Below are positions 27,926 to 36,898 of a stretch of DNA of 51,948 bases, piece by piece; positions within the stretch are counted from its first letter, which is position 1; each line of letters starts with the position of its first letter. The stretch covers positions 1 through 51,948 of the forward strand of contig CAZWKU010000003.1 in the NCBI GenBank assembly GCA_964634595.1, read 5' to 3'. The notes under the pieces were generated by a model that was given only the letters and a program-made list of their open reading frames with translations, did not search any database and was not told where the DNA came from. Source of the DNA: an uncultured Candidatus Saccharibacteria bacterium (GTDB taxonomy: Bacteria > Patescibacteriota > Minisyncoccia > Phycocordibacterales > Phycocordibacteraceae). The position numbers and the translations under genes are program-made.

Positions 27926-29224
27926 ATGAAAAGGCGGACGCTCATAAAAAATAAGGCGCTTTTAGCGCGGGCGGAGAAGGTTATACCACGCGCGTCACAG
28001 ACTCTCTCTAAGGCTCCCGACCAGTTTGTGCGGGGCGTCTCGCCCTTTGCGATTGCAAAAGGTAAAGGCGCGCGGGTGTGGGATGTTGATGGCAATGAGT
28101 ACATTGACCTCACTTCATCGTTGGGGGCAATTGTGCTTGGGTATCAACACCCGGTTATTGAACGGGCAGTCTTGGAGCAACGAAAGAGGGGGACTATTTT
28201 CGGCCTACCGGGCGATGCTGAAGTAGCGCTGGCAGAGCGGCTCACCAAAATTATGCCATTCATCGAGATGGTGCGTTTCGGATTAAACGGGTCTGATGTG
28301 ACATCGGCGGCTGTGCGTGTTGCACGAGCATATACAGGGCGTGATCATATTGCAAAATGTGGTTACCACGGGTGGGCAGATTGGTCTATTGCAACACACC
28401 CGCTTCGTCACGGAGGTATACCTCAAGCCGTAAAAAATCTCACACACGAGTTCATCTATAACGATATCGAGAGTCTCAGAGCGATTTTTACACAGTACCC
28501 AAATCAAGTTGCTGCGGTAACACTCGAGCCCGTGCACTCAACTCTCCCCAACGCAGGGTTTTTAGAAGAGGTAAAACGAGTAACGCACGAATATGGCGCA
28601 GTGCTTGTATTTGACGAGTTGGTCACCGGTTTTCGTCTTGGGATGGGGGGTGCCGCACGCCGATTTGGTGTTGAACCTGACCTCGCATGTTACGGTAAGG
28701 CCATTTCAAATGGCGAGCCTCTCTCGGTGCTTGCTGGCAAAAGGGAGATCATGCAAGCACTTGATGCGAACAACATCTTTTTTTCCTTTACCTATGCAGG
28801 GTATCTCCCCAGTTTGCGCGCAGCTCTTGCAACGCTCACTTTTATGCAAAAGAAAAAAGTGCATGCAATTTTGCGACGCCAGGGAGAAAAAATCATGCGC
28901 GGGTATAACCAGTCAGCAAAGAAACATGCTGTTCCTACAGTTGCCGCTGGAGTTAGCCCCATTATCGGTTTTATGTTTAAAGATGAAAAAGGGGGAGATA
29001 ATTTGCCGCTCAAGAGTTTATTTCTTCAAGAGTGTGCGAAAGTGGGGATATTAACTAACGGTACTGCTCTTATAAACTATGCGCATACCGATGCGATTGT
29101 TGCTAAAGTCTTAGAACAGTTCGAGCAGGTGCTGGCCCTTCTCGGGAGGGCGGTACGCGAGCATACCGTCGAGACTCTTCTTGAGGGGCCGGTCATTAGA
29201 CCGCGAAGTCGACCAACGCACTAA
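27926..29224 (+). CDS. Class III PLP aminotransferase (glutamate-1-semialdehyde aminomutase-like)
   Basis: WDVDGNEYID; NGSDVTSAAVRVARAYTGR; GYHGW; FDELVTGFR; CYGKAISNG. Confidence 0.9.
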   Translation: MKRRTLIKNKALLARAEKVIPRASQTLSKAPDQFVRGVSPFAIAKGKGARVWDVDGNEYIDLTSSLGAIVLGYQHPVIERAVLEQRKRGTIFGLPGDAEVALAERLTKIMPFIEMVRFGLNGSDVTSAAVRVARAYTGRDHIAKCGYHGWADWSIATHPLRHGGIPQAVKNLTHEFIYNDIESLRAIFTQYPNQVAAVTLEPVHSTLPNAGFLEEVKRVTHEYGAVLVFDELVTGFRLGMGGAARRFGVEPDLACYGKAISNGEPLSVLAGKREIMQALDANNIFFSFTYAGYLPSLRAALATLTFMQKKKVHAILRRQGEKIMRGYNQSAKKHAVPTVAAGVSPIIGFMFKDEKGGDNLPLKSLFLQECAKVGILTNGTALINYAHTDAIVAKVLEQFEQVLALLGRAVREHTVETLLEGPVIRPRSRPTH

Positions 29225-29813
29225 GTTCTTTCTTACACTGTGCTGGAGAGGTAAAGAGGATAGTGTGGAGCCCAAGAGCCTTTGCCGCGGCGACATTGCG
29301 TGCGCTGTCGTCAATAAATATGGTTGCCTGAGGTGGGGTCCCAAGCTTTTTGAGGGCAAGGTGATATGCCTCGTGCTCTGGTTTCATGCAGCCAATCTCA
29401 TTAGAGAACAGCAAATAGTCAAAGTACCGGTCGACGAGGTGTTTGCGCACAATATCATGCATCATCTCTGATGTGAGATTAGAGAGGAGAGCGGTGGGCA
29501 TCTTTGCCCGTATTTTCTGCGCAAGAGTGAGCATCTCGGGATACAGCTGATACGAGGAGAGATAAGCGGCCGAGAGCTCTTGAGGAGAGAGGGTGAGGTG
29601 AAATTTCTTCAGCACGTCGCCCCAAAATACTTCGCTCGAGATATGCCCGCGATAGTATTGTCCTTGAAGCTCCTCGGTAGCTTTGCCAAGTTCGTCTACC
29701 GATAAGCCAGTTAGATCAGTAAGCTTTGGATGGGAGAAAGGCTCGCCCGGCGAGCAAAAGACTCCTGCCCAGTCAAAGATAGCTCCCTTAATAGGCGTGC
29801 TTGTGTTATCCAC
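29196..29813 (-). CDS. HAD-family phosphatase (YihX-like)
   Basis: IFDWAGV; LLSN; MKP; FIDDSARNV..A..LG; GTG start. Confidence 0.88.
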   Translation of the reverse strand: MDNTSTPIKGAIFDWAGVFCSPGEPFSHPKLTDLTGLSVDELGKATEELQGQYYRGHISSEVFWGDVLKKFHLTLSPQELSAAYLSSYQLYPEMLTLAQKIRAKMPTALLSNLTSEMMHDIVRKHLVDRYFDYLLFSNEIGCMKPEHEAYHLALKKLGTPPQATIFIDDSARNVAAAKALGLHTILFTSPAQCKKELSALVDFAV

Positions 29814-29836
29814 GAGGGCATCATAGCATTCTATCT

Positions 29837-30925
29837 ATGAACGCTTCTGTACCCACTTTTGCGGCCAACAACCATAGTGCATGGGAGATTAAGTATCGTC
29901 CAGTTGAAGCAAAACGCATTGAGGAGCTCCTCTCTATTTTAAAAGGGTACTATGTATCGTATGCAGATACGGTTGAACAGATAGAACAGGTCGATGAAGC
30001 TGAAGTCAACAGCAACAATTTTAAGATAACCGGTACAAAAAAAGGAGAGCCAGTCACCTACCTTTTACGACGCGTGCCTGCAACACGCACGCGCAACGAT
30101 ATCGAACGCACGCTCGTGCTTGTACGGTTACTCGCAGAGCGCGGTGTTGCAGTACCAAAGCTCCTCAAAACAGATGTTGGGGACGCGCTTGTAACACAGG
30201 TAGATAGTTGGTATTTTTTATTTGTGTTTATTGAGAGTAATCACTACCGTGGTACCTTAGCAGAGGTAGCTGATGCGGGGCGGCTTATCGGTACTCTTGA
30301 CCGAGAGCTTGCACATATTACTCCAGATTATGTGCACGACCCTACTTTTGCATTTAGTGAAGCCTATAAAAAAGTGCGTGAATTTTCGGTGCCTATCTGG
30401 GAGGACATTTTCTCGAAAGCGACTTTGCACGCGGCGCGCGAGAGCGATTCATTTGGGAGACAGCTTCTCGCAAGGCGTGAGGAGATCATGGCGTCAGTGC
30501 GTGATCTCGAAGCGGCTCCTGCAGCAAAGTGTCAACTCATGCATTTTGATCTACACCCACATAATCTCCTTGCTGACGGGACAAGAATAATGGTGATTCT
30601 CGATTTTGATTCAGTACGCTATGTCGAAAAAATGCGCGCGGTTGCTTTTGCTCTGCATCGCCTAGTGCGTCAGCATGTAGTGTACACAAGACCCCCTAAT
30701 ATTGCTCCAGCACTTGCTTTGGCGAAAACCGCGTTTATAAAAGGGTATCGTTCACAAAATGATCTCTCTGATGCTGAACTCTCGGTGGTGTCCTATTTCA
30801 TTAAGCACGAGTCGCTCTCGCGTCTTTCGGGGGCGATGAAAGAATATGCTAGTACGGGTGCTACCGCATGGGAACAGGATCTCGCCAAACAACTGAACAA
30901 TATTGCTGAAGCCGCATATTTTTAA
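29837..30925 (+). CDS. Aminoglycoside-phosphotransferase/homoserine kinase type II-like kinase
   Basis: EVNSNNFKI; VAVPKL; HFDLHPHNLL (HxDxxxxN); ILDFD. Confidence 0.82.
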   Translation: MNASVPTFAANNHSAWEIKYRPVEAKRIEELLSILKGYYVSYADTVEQIEQVDEAEVNSNNFKITGTKKGEPVTYLLRRVPATRTRNDIERTLVLVRLLAERGVAVPKLLKTDVGDALVTQVDSWYFLFVFIESNHYRGTLAEVADAGRLIGTLDRELAHITPDYVHDPTFAFSEAYKKVREFSVPIWEDIFSKATLHAARESDSFGRQLLARREEIMASVRDLEAAPAAKCQLMHFDLHPHNLLADGTRIMVILDFDSVRYVEKMRAVAFALHRLVRQHVVYTRPPNIAPALALAKTAFIKGYRSQNDLSDAELSVVSYFIKHESLSRLSGAMKEYASTGATAWEQDLAKQLNNIAEAAYF

Positions 30926-30968
30926 AAACATAGCTCGCGGGATACATAGTCCCGACCTACATAAGGCA

Positions 30969-31889
30969 CTAACGAGCAAGGGTCATTACGAGTGCACCCA
31001 TAAAGGCAAGTCCGAAGTAGCACCATGCCCACCCGCGAATTGTTTGCCACTCTTTAAAAATGAGCATACCGACGAGCGCAGGGCCGAGGAGACCCCCAAC
31101 CGACATGATAGGCAACGCCACAGTTTGCTCAACGAGCGTAAAGGCGATAAACATGAAGCCCAGGTTGCCCACAATGCTCACTGCGGCAAGAAAAATAAGT
31201 ACTTGGGTAGTGACTGGCGCAAGCGTTGTTTTGGTGCGTGGGAGATGCCGTGTTGCGAGAAAAAAGAGCAATGACCCACAGAGCGCGCCGCCGTACCATG
31301 CTATAAGGAATCCAGGCACCTCAACCCCTGACTTTGCCCACACATTTTGTAGAAAGGTTGCAAGGGCAGAGAGGATCATGCAACCAAGCGCGTTACCGTA
31401 AAAGGCAAGCGGCAACACGCTCTCGCCGCTTCTGTTTTTCAAGTCATGCCACGCATGGAGCGCAATACCGAGTGCGACGAGAACGAAACCGACAACAAGA
31501 GCGTTGATGGTAGCAAATACCAACCATTCTCCCAAAAAGAGACTACTTAAGGCGAGTGGCAGTATCGCCCCGCCCTCAAGAAAGAGTGCTGTCCGCGAGA
31601 CACTGTAGGCGATTGCCCGCCACTGAAAAAAGACCGTGAGGGGCATAAGCACTCCGATGCCAAAAATCGGCCACAGATCCTTTGAGAGGGTAAGCCCCAT
31701 AACTGCCGCAACCGCAAGCGCGAACACAAAAGCCCACACATACTGAAGCAAGATGCGCTGTATTCGCTCGCGGGTTGGTACGTTGCCAAGGAGGCGAAAA
31801 ACAATAGGCGCAAGGATATACCCCCCGAATATTTTTAAGAACACCGCCAGTTCCCATGTCATAGGTGGTGGATGAGCATTTTTTACCAT
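30969..31889 (-). CDS. DMT/EamA-like membrane transporter (start may be 31862)
   Basis: About 10 hydrophobic helices in two repeats; LSSLFLGE and VGMLIFKE repeat ends. Confidence 0.7.
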   Translation of the reverse strand: MVKNAHPPPMTWELAVFLKIFGGYILAPIVFRLLGNVPTRERIQRILLQYVWAFVFALAVAAVMGLTLSKDLWPIFGIGVLMPLTVFFQWRAIAYSVSRTALFLEGGAILPLALSSLFLGEWLVFATINALVVGFVLVALGIALHAWHDLKNRSGESVLPLAFYGNALGCMILSALATFLQNVWAKSGVEVPGFLIAWYGGALCGSLLFFLATRHLPRTKTTLAPVTTQVLIFLAAVSIVGNLGFMFIAFTLVEQTVALPIMSVGGLLGPALVGMLIFKEWQTIRGWAWCYFGLAFMGALVMTLAR

Positions 31890-31907
31890 TTTACCACGGC
31901 CAAAAAA

Positions 31908-31935
31908 TTGACACCTACCTATTTTGCGCTATTAT
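31908..31935 (+). promoter_or_regulatory. Sigma70-type promoter for the gene at 31986
   Basis: TTGACA (31908-31913), 16-bp spacer, TATTAT (31930-31935); GGAGG RBS at 31975-31979. Confidence 0.6.
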
Positions 31936-31985
31936 AAGTAACAGAATAGGCGTGTCGCCTCTTCTTAATTACGTGGAGGTCTGTG

Positions 31986-32813
31986 ATGACCAATAAGTTA
32001 AGTGGAGAAGCATATGCGAAGAGACAAGATGCGAGTCGTCCGCTCTCAGGAGATTCTTTCACATTTCCTGATACGGGTGAGGCGGGAGAGAGTTTTGTAC
32101 AGCTCCCCTTTCAGCCTCTTGGGATAAGTAGGTTGGGCGATACGATTTATGTCGCAAACTATTTCGATCCCTCGTTCATGATGGCAGAGGTATCGTTTGA
32201 GCGCGGTCTGCCGTGTCTTAACAACATCCGCCATGTTCGTGGGACCCTCCCGCGGCGAGAAATCAGGATGTTTCCTGATGTGTGTCAACCCGTTGGGGCA
32301 AATCGTATGCAGGCGGTGATCCCGTATAGTCATGATCATCTGGGTCTCACTCGCAATGAGGACAACCAAATCTTTAATATTCGTCTCCAAAAAGATGGGG
32401 CCTGGCAACATGAGTCTGCTACGTACTTGAAACAAGGGGGTCGGGGTGGAGACCCGATTACCTCGATCAAGCATACAAGGGACGGGTTTGTAACAATCGA
32501 GATCGATGGCAAAGGCGAATGCTGGCTTCGCGATTATCGCAATGAGCTCTTTGCAGAAGAACAGATCCCCACAAACCGATACGGGCTCGATATTCTCGAT
32601 GATGGCACAATCGTGACCATTGCAGACTATCGCGCCAAGGAACATGGGATTTTCTTTGGGAAGGAGTGCAGAACCCCTGGCTTCTACGGGAACGGTATTG
32701 CTTGCTTGCCAAATGGTGGGGCACTCACTACGCTCTATGGTGGGTCTGTCCCCAGCCCCTTTGGCGGCATCCCCGGTGAGTTGCAATACATACCGCCAGA
32801 GCTGCTTAAATAA
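31986..32813 (+). CDS. Hypothetical protein, possibly beta-propeller-like
   Basis: Own promoter, RBS and terminator; repeats such as PLGISRLGDTIYVAN, YGLDILDDGTIV, GNGIACLPNGGAL. Confidence 0.65.
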   Translation: MTNKLSGEAYAKRQDASRPLSGDSFTFPDTGEAGESFVQLPFQPLGISRLGDTIYVANYFDPSFMMAEVSFERGLPCLNNIRHVRGTLPRREIRMFPDVCQPVGANRMQAVIPYSHDHLGLTRNEDNQIFNIRLQKDGAWQHESATYLKQGGRGGDPITSIKHTRDGFVTIEIDGKGECWLRDYRNELFAEEQIPTNRYGLDILDDGTIVTIADYRAKEHGIFFGKECRTPGFYGNGIACLPNGGALTTLYGGSVPSPFGGIPGELQYIPPELLK

Positions 32814-32836
32814 CTCGACAATCGTTCAGCGTCTTT

Positions 32837-32866
32837 GCAGGCCACCTTGAGGTGGCCTGCTTTTTT
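32837..32866 (+). terminator. Intrinsic terminator
   Basis: GCAGGCCACC-TTGA-GGTGGCCTGC followed by TTTTTT. Confidence 0.88.
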
Positions 32867-32895
32867 AAAAAGCCGGCGCGTAAAGCGCCGGCTTT
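32867..32895 (-). terminator. Intrinsic terminator for the convergent minus-strand gene
   Basis: AAAGCCGGCGC-GTAAA-GCGCCGGCTTT (32869-32895); T run on the minus strand. Confidence 0.8.
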
Positions 32896-32907
32896 GCTCA
32901 CATTCTT

Positions 32908-33399
32908 TTACTCATTCGATTCTATTTGAATTTCTTCCATTGCTACCGAGAGTCGCACCTCTTCATCTTGCCTCTTCTGACTAAGTAGATCGGCGATGGA
33001 CCCATTTTTAGGGGCTTGAAATACTGTTAAACAAAGAGTAGAAACATAACTCTTCGGATCGCGTACCGAGAGTACTGCGACGATGTATGCACACCGTTGT
33101 AACTGAGTACCCATCATAACCAATTTCTCATGTACAGTTCTCGATGCTTGGAACTCGAAGAAAGACGTTCTAAACCATTCACGCCAATTATTCTCACGAA
33201 GAGAGGCAAGGTAAACACCACTTTCATCGAAAAAGAAGATCTCGTCGCCACTGTCGAGGTTTTTGATCCGCAAATCAAGTGTACCTATATCAGCTCGAGA
33301 GACAATCGCGTGTTCTAAGCATTCTTTCTTCCTAGGGGAGATTAGCGCGCTTAGCCAAGGGAATTGCGTGAATACTGCAGCAACATGATAACGTGACAT
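32908..33399 (-). CDS. Hypothetical protein
   Basis: AAGGAG RBS before ATG 33399; own promoter and terminator; no motif recognised. Confidence 0.65.
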   Translation of the reverse strand: MSRYHVAAVFTQFPWLSALISPRKKECLEHAIVSRADIGTLDLRIKNLDSGDEIFFFDESGVYLASLRENNWREWFRTSFFEFQASRTVHEKLVMMGTQLQRCAYIVAVLSVRDPKSYVSTLCLTVFQAPKNGSIADLLSQKRQDEEVRLSVAMEEIQIESNE

Positions 33400-33482
33400 C
33401 GTTATCTCCTTGAGATAATGAGCATCCCGCTCGTTGATGGAGTTGTTCATCCCGAACAACAGCAAAGTCAAAGGACCAGCTA
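33400..33482 (-). promoter_or_regulatory. Structured 5' leader with two GGGAU-loop hairpins and an RBS-sequestering hairpin
   Basis: Minus strand: GTTGTTC-GGGAT-GAACAAC; GAGC-GGGAT-GCTC; TTATCTC-AAG-GAGATAA. Confidence 0.6.
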
Positions 33483-33488
33483 TATAAA

Positions 33489-33517
33489 ATTGTACTACGC
33501 TTTAGGTGAGAAAGCAA
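33489..33517 (-). promoter_or_regulatory. Sigma70-type promoter for the gene at 33399
   Basis: TTGCTT (33517-33512), 17-bp spacer, TACAAT (33494-33489). Confidence 0.7.
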
Positions 33518-33538
33518 GTCATGGTAATATTTTATACA

Positions 33539-35209
33539 ATGAAAACAGTGGCGATTATACAGGCGCGGATGGGGTCGACACGGCTCCCGGGGAAGGTTCT
33601 ACAACCCATCTTGGGCGAGCCGATGCTTAAGCGAATGCTTGAACGCGTGCAAAGGGCAAAGAAGCTTGATGCGATCGTCGTTGCTACGACTGATACGTCT
33701 GCTGATGATGCCACTGAGGAGCTTGCGAAAAGCGTCGGTGTTGGCGTTTTTCGCGGGAGCGAGCACGATGTTCTCGATCGCTATTATCGAGCCGCTAAAG
33801 AAGCTGGGGCAGAGGTGGTGGTGCGCCTCACGGGCGACTGCCCGCTTATGGACCCGGCAGTGATTGACGAGTTAGTAGAGCACTTTGACGCTCGCTCGTT
33901 TGAGTACTCCGGTATGCCCGAGAATTATCCCGAAGGTCTTGATGCTGAAATCTTTACGTTTGCTGCACTTGAGACTGCCGCACACAACGCTACTCTCCCG
34001 TCAGAGCGCGAGCATGTCTCTCCCTATATTAAAAATCACCCCGAGCTATTCTCAATTGAGCCGCGGTGGGTGAGTGGGGCGCGCGATGATCGAGAGATGC
34101 ACTGGTCGGTTGACACACAAGCCGATTTTAATTTCGTGGTTAAGATTTTTGAGACTCTATACCCCAAGAATTCCTATTTCACCAAAGACGATGTACTACA
34201 CCTTCTTGATGAGCGCTCAGAGCTCCTTGAGATAAATAAGGGGGGTACGGGCTATGAGGGCCTTGCAAAGTCACTGAAAGAAGACGAGGTTTTTAAAAAA
34301 CGCATGAAAAATAAATTTGTACTAGGCACCGCACAGATGGGGATGAAATACGGCCTTGCCAACTCGCATGGCCAGCCGACACAAGAGGAGGCGTTCGCCA
34401 TTCTTGATGCGGCGCTCGCAGGGGGTATCGATACCTTTGATACCGCATGGGCCTACGGCACAGCTGAAGACGTTTTTGGGGCGTGGATACGGGCGCGCTC
34501 GCTCGCAGGCAAAGTACAGGTGATTTCGAAAATGAAGCCGCACGCGGTGAACGACTATCCTGATGGCACGAAGGCGAGCGAAGTGGTGCGCGCTGAGCTC
34601 GAAAATTCGCTTGCGCGCCTCAATCTCGACTCGCTTGATGGCTATCTTTTTCACTCTCCCCACTACATTTATATGAGCCATATGGTCGAGGCGATGCGGC
34701 AAATGCAAAAAGAGGGGAGGGTAAAGCATATTGGGGTCTCGGTCTATAACGAGCCTGAAGCACTTCAGGCGGCAGAGCTTGGCGTCGACTATGTGCAGGT
34801 GCCCTATAACGTTTTTGATCAACGCCTCGACAAGACTAATTTTTTTGAGCTTGCTGAAAAAAATCAGGTTACGGTGTTTGCTCGGAGCCCATTTCTGCAG
34901 GGGCTGCTCCTCATGCAGCCAAACGAGCTCCCGACGCATCTTGCATACCTGCGTCCGCATCTTGAGCAATTTATCGAGATCGCGAAGCGGTACCACCTCA
35001 CTCAGGCAGAGGCTGCGTTGCAATTTTCGGCAACTTCAGCCCGCGCCCCCTATGTGGTGTTTGGGGTAGAGGAGGTAGAGCAGCTTACACAAAATTTCGC
35101 TATGTCACACGAGGCATCTGCTACATTTATTATTGAAATACAAAATGCGTTCAGCATTCTGAATCATGGCGCTATTAACCCCTCGCTGTGGAGCAAAATA
35201 AAGCTATGA
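33539..35209 (+). CDS. SpsF/PseF-like cytidylyltransferase fused to an aldo-keto reductase
   Basis: IIQARMGSTRLPGKVL, GSEHDVLDRY, RLTGDCPL, WSVDTQADF; then FVLGTAQMGMKYG, FDTAWAYG.AE, IGVSVY, QVPYNVFDQR, ARSPFLQGLL. Confidence 0.9.
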   Translation: MKTVAIIQARMGSTRLPGKVLQPILGEPMLKRMLERVQRAKKLDAIVVATTDTSADDATEELAKSVGVGVFRGSEHDVLDRYYRAAKEAGAEVVVRLTGDCPLMDPAVIDELVEHFDARSFEYSGMPENYPEGLDAEIFTFAALETAAHNATLPSEREHVSPYIKNHPELFSIEPRWVSGARDDREMHWSVDTQADFNFVVKIFETLYPKNSYFTKDDVLHLLDERSELLEINKGGTGYEGLAKSLKEDEVFKKRMKNKFVLGTAQMGMKYGLANSHGQPTQEEAFAILDAALAGGIDTFDTAWAYGTAEDVFGAWIRARSLAGKVQVISKMKPHAVNDYPDGTKASEVVRAELENSLARLNLDSLDGYLFHSPHYIYMSHMVEAMRQMQKEGRVKHIGVSVYNEPEALQAAELGVDYVQVPYNVFDQRLDKTNFFELAEKNQVTVFARSPFLQGLLLMQPNELPTHLAYLRPHLEQFIEIAKRYHLTQAEAALQFSATSARAPYVVFGVEEVEQLTQNFAMSHEASATFIIEIQNAFSILNHGAINPSLWSKIKL

Positions 35210-35814
35210 AGCCCGACGCCATCGTAGTGCTGTCGGGTGGCATTGTGCCTGTGTCAGGTGGCAGATGGCGCGCAACAACTTATGCAGAGAGTGATGCGTT
35301 CGGCACACTTGGTGGTCACGATCGAGCTCGTGCCGCTGCCTACCTTGCAGAGGAGTATAAAGATGCGATTGTCGTGACTACCTCGCATCGGCTCGACAAT
35401 GCTCTCCCCACACTCGCTAGAGTATATGCCGACGAGCTTGAGTCGCTCGGGGTGCCTAAAGAGCGTATCCTTCTTGAAGAGCGTTCAACTACTACCCAAA
35501 CAGCAATACAGACAATCCCTGTACTCGCCCGCGAACGCGGGTGGCGGCATGTTGCAGTTGTCTCAAGTGGCTTTCATATCCCGCGCATCAAAGCGTTTTT
35601 CGAGCGGCTTGCGACCGATGTCACCGCTGATTTTTTACGGTCTGAAGAGGTGATTGTGCGCCACGAACCCGCATTTGTAAAAGAGCTGGAGCAAGTAAAG
35701 GCTTCCCCCGCATATCAACTTCGGCTTCAAAACGAGGCGAACGGCCTCGTGGCACTCCTTACCGGTACCTACACACCAGCAGGTGTGGAGGACAAAAAAG
35801 AGCGCGAGGTGTAG
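35206..35814 (+). CDS. YdcF/DUF218 (ElyC/SanA-like) protein
   Basis: DAIVVLSGG; LGVPKERILLEERSTTT; VVSSGFHIPR. Confidence 0.8.
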   Translation: MKPDAIVVLSGGIVPVSGGRWRATTYAESDAFGTLGGHDRARAAAYLAEEYKDAIVVTTSHRLDNALPTLARVYADELESLGVPKERILLEERSTTTQTAIQTIPVLARERGWRHVAVVSSGFHIPRIKAFFERLATDVTADFLRSEEVIVRHEPAFVKELEQVKASPAYQLRLQNEANGLVALLTGTYTPAGVEDKKEREV

Positions 35815-35824
35815 TATCCGATCT

Positions 35825-36898
35825 ATGAAGGCAAAAACCATCACTATTGGTGGCCGAAAGGTGAGTGAAAGGCATCCCGTTTTTATTATTGCTGAAGTAT
35901 CTGCTAACCACCGTGGAAGTCTTGAAACGGCGCTTTCGACTATTGATGCTGCTGCAGCCGCCGGGGCAGACGCAGTTAAATTTCAACATTTAACAGGGAC
36001 CAAAATCGCTGCTGATGTAAAGAGTGATGCAGTATGGAATGGTAAGCCGGTGGGCACGCTCTCTGCATTTTACGCTACTGCAGAGATACCGTATGAATGG
36101 ACTCCGAAGCTCATGGCACGTGCCAAAGAGAAAGGGATTATATTTCTCTCGACCCCTTTTGATTATGAGGCGGTTGATCTTCTCGATAAAGCGAACGTCT
36201 CAGCGTTTAAGGTTGCCTCATACGAGCTCACTGATGATTTGTTGCTGCGTTACATCGCTCGAAAGGGTAAGCCCATTATCATCTCGACCGGCATGGCATA
36301 TCTTAAAGAAGTGCAACATGCAGTAAAAGTGATTCAAAATGAAGGGAATAAGCAAATCGCTATCTTGCATTGTATATCCCTCTACCCACCTGAGCCAAAA
36401 GATTTTAATTTAAAGGCAATTGGTACTTTGCGTAAGGCGTTTCCATTCCCGATTGGATATTCAGATCACGCGTCCCCCGCTTCAAACGCGGCAACACTCG
36501 GGGCAGTAGCGCTTGGTGCAACTATTGTTGAACGTCATATTACTAACTCGCAAACTGGTGGTAGTAACGATGATAAGAACTCGATGAATATCGAACAATT
36601 TACGCACCTAGTGAAAGAGATTCGTACACTGTCTGCAGCACTCTCTCGTTCAGGAGTGAAAGTGCCGGTGCGAGCGCCAGAACGAACTATGGATGAAATG
36701 AGTGAGCGCAAGGTGCGCCGCTCCCTTTACGCCGCTCGACCAATTAATGTTGGTGAGGTGATACGCGAAGACATGCTTATCACCTTGCGGCCAGTGCAAG
36801 GTTACGAGCCGAAAGATCTTAAGAAAGTCTTAGGTAAAAAAGCTCGTCACGCGATTGCCGCCCGATCAGCAATCACTCGTAAGGATGTTGGGGCATGA
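35825..36898 (+). CDS. pseI: Nonulosonate synthase (NeuB/PseI family) with C-terminal SAF domain
   Basis: FIIAEVSANH.GS; GADAVKFQ; LSTPFD; KVASYE; ISTGMA; LHCISLYP; IGYSDH; IVERHIT; RRSLYA. The pseI assignment over neuB rests on the pseB/pseC context. Confidence 0.82.
   Translation: MKAKTITIGGRKVSERHPVFIIAEVSANHRGSLETALSTIDAAAAAGADAVKFQHLTGTKIAADVKSDAVWNGKPVGTLSAFYATAEIPYEWTPKLMARAKEKGIIFLSTPFDYEAVDLLDKANVSAFKVASYELTDDLLLRYIARKGKPIIISTGMAYLKEVQHAVKVIQNEGNKQIAILHCISLYPPEPKDFNLKAIGTLRKAFPFPIGYSDHASPASNAATLGAVALGATIVERHITNSQTGGSNDDKNSMNIEQFTHLVKEIRTLSAALSRSGVKVPVRAPERTMDEMSERKVRRSLYAARPINVGEVIREDMLITLRPVQGYEPKDLKKVLGKKARHAIAARSAITRKDVGA

Noticed and set aside
27926-29224. hemL in tetrapyrrole synthesis
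   Set aside because: GSA-like fold, but it sits in the pse operon with no hem genes nearby; symbol withheld
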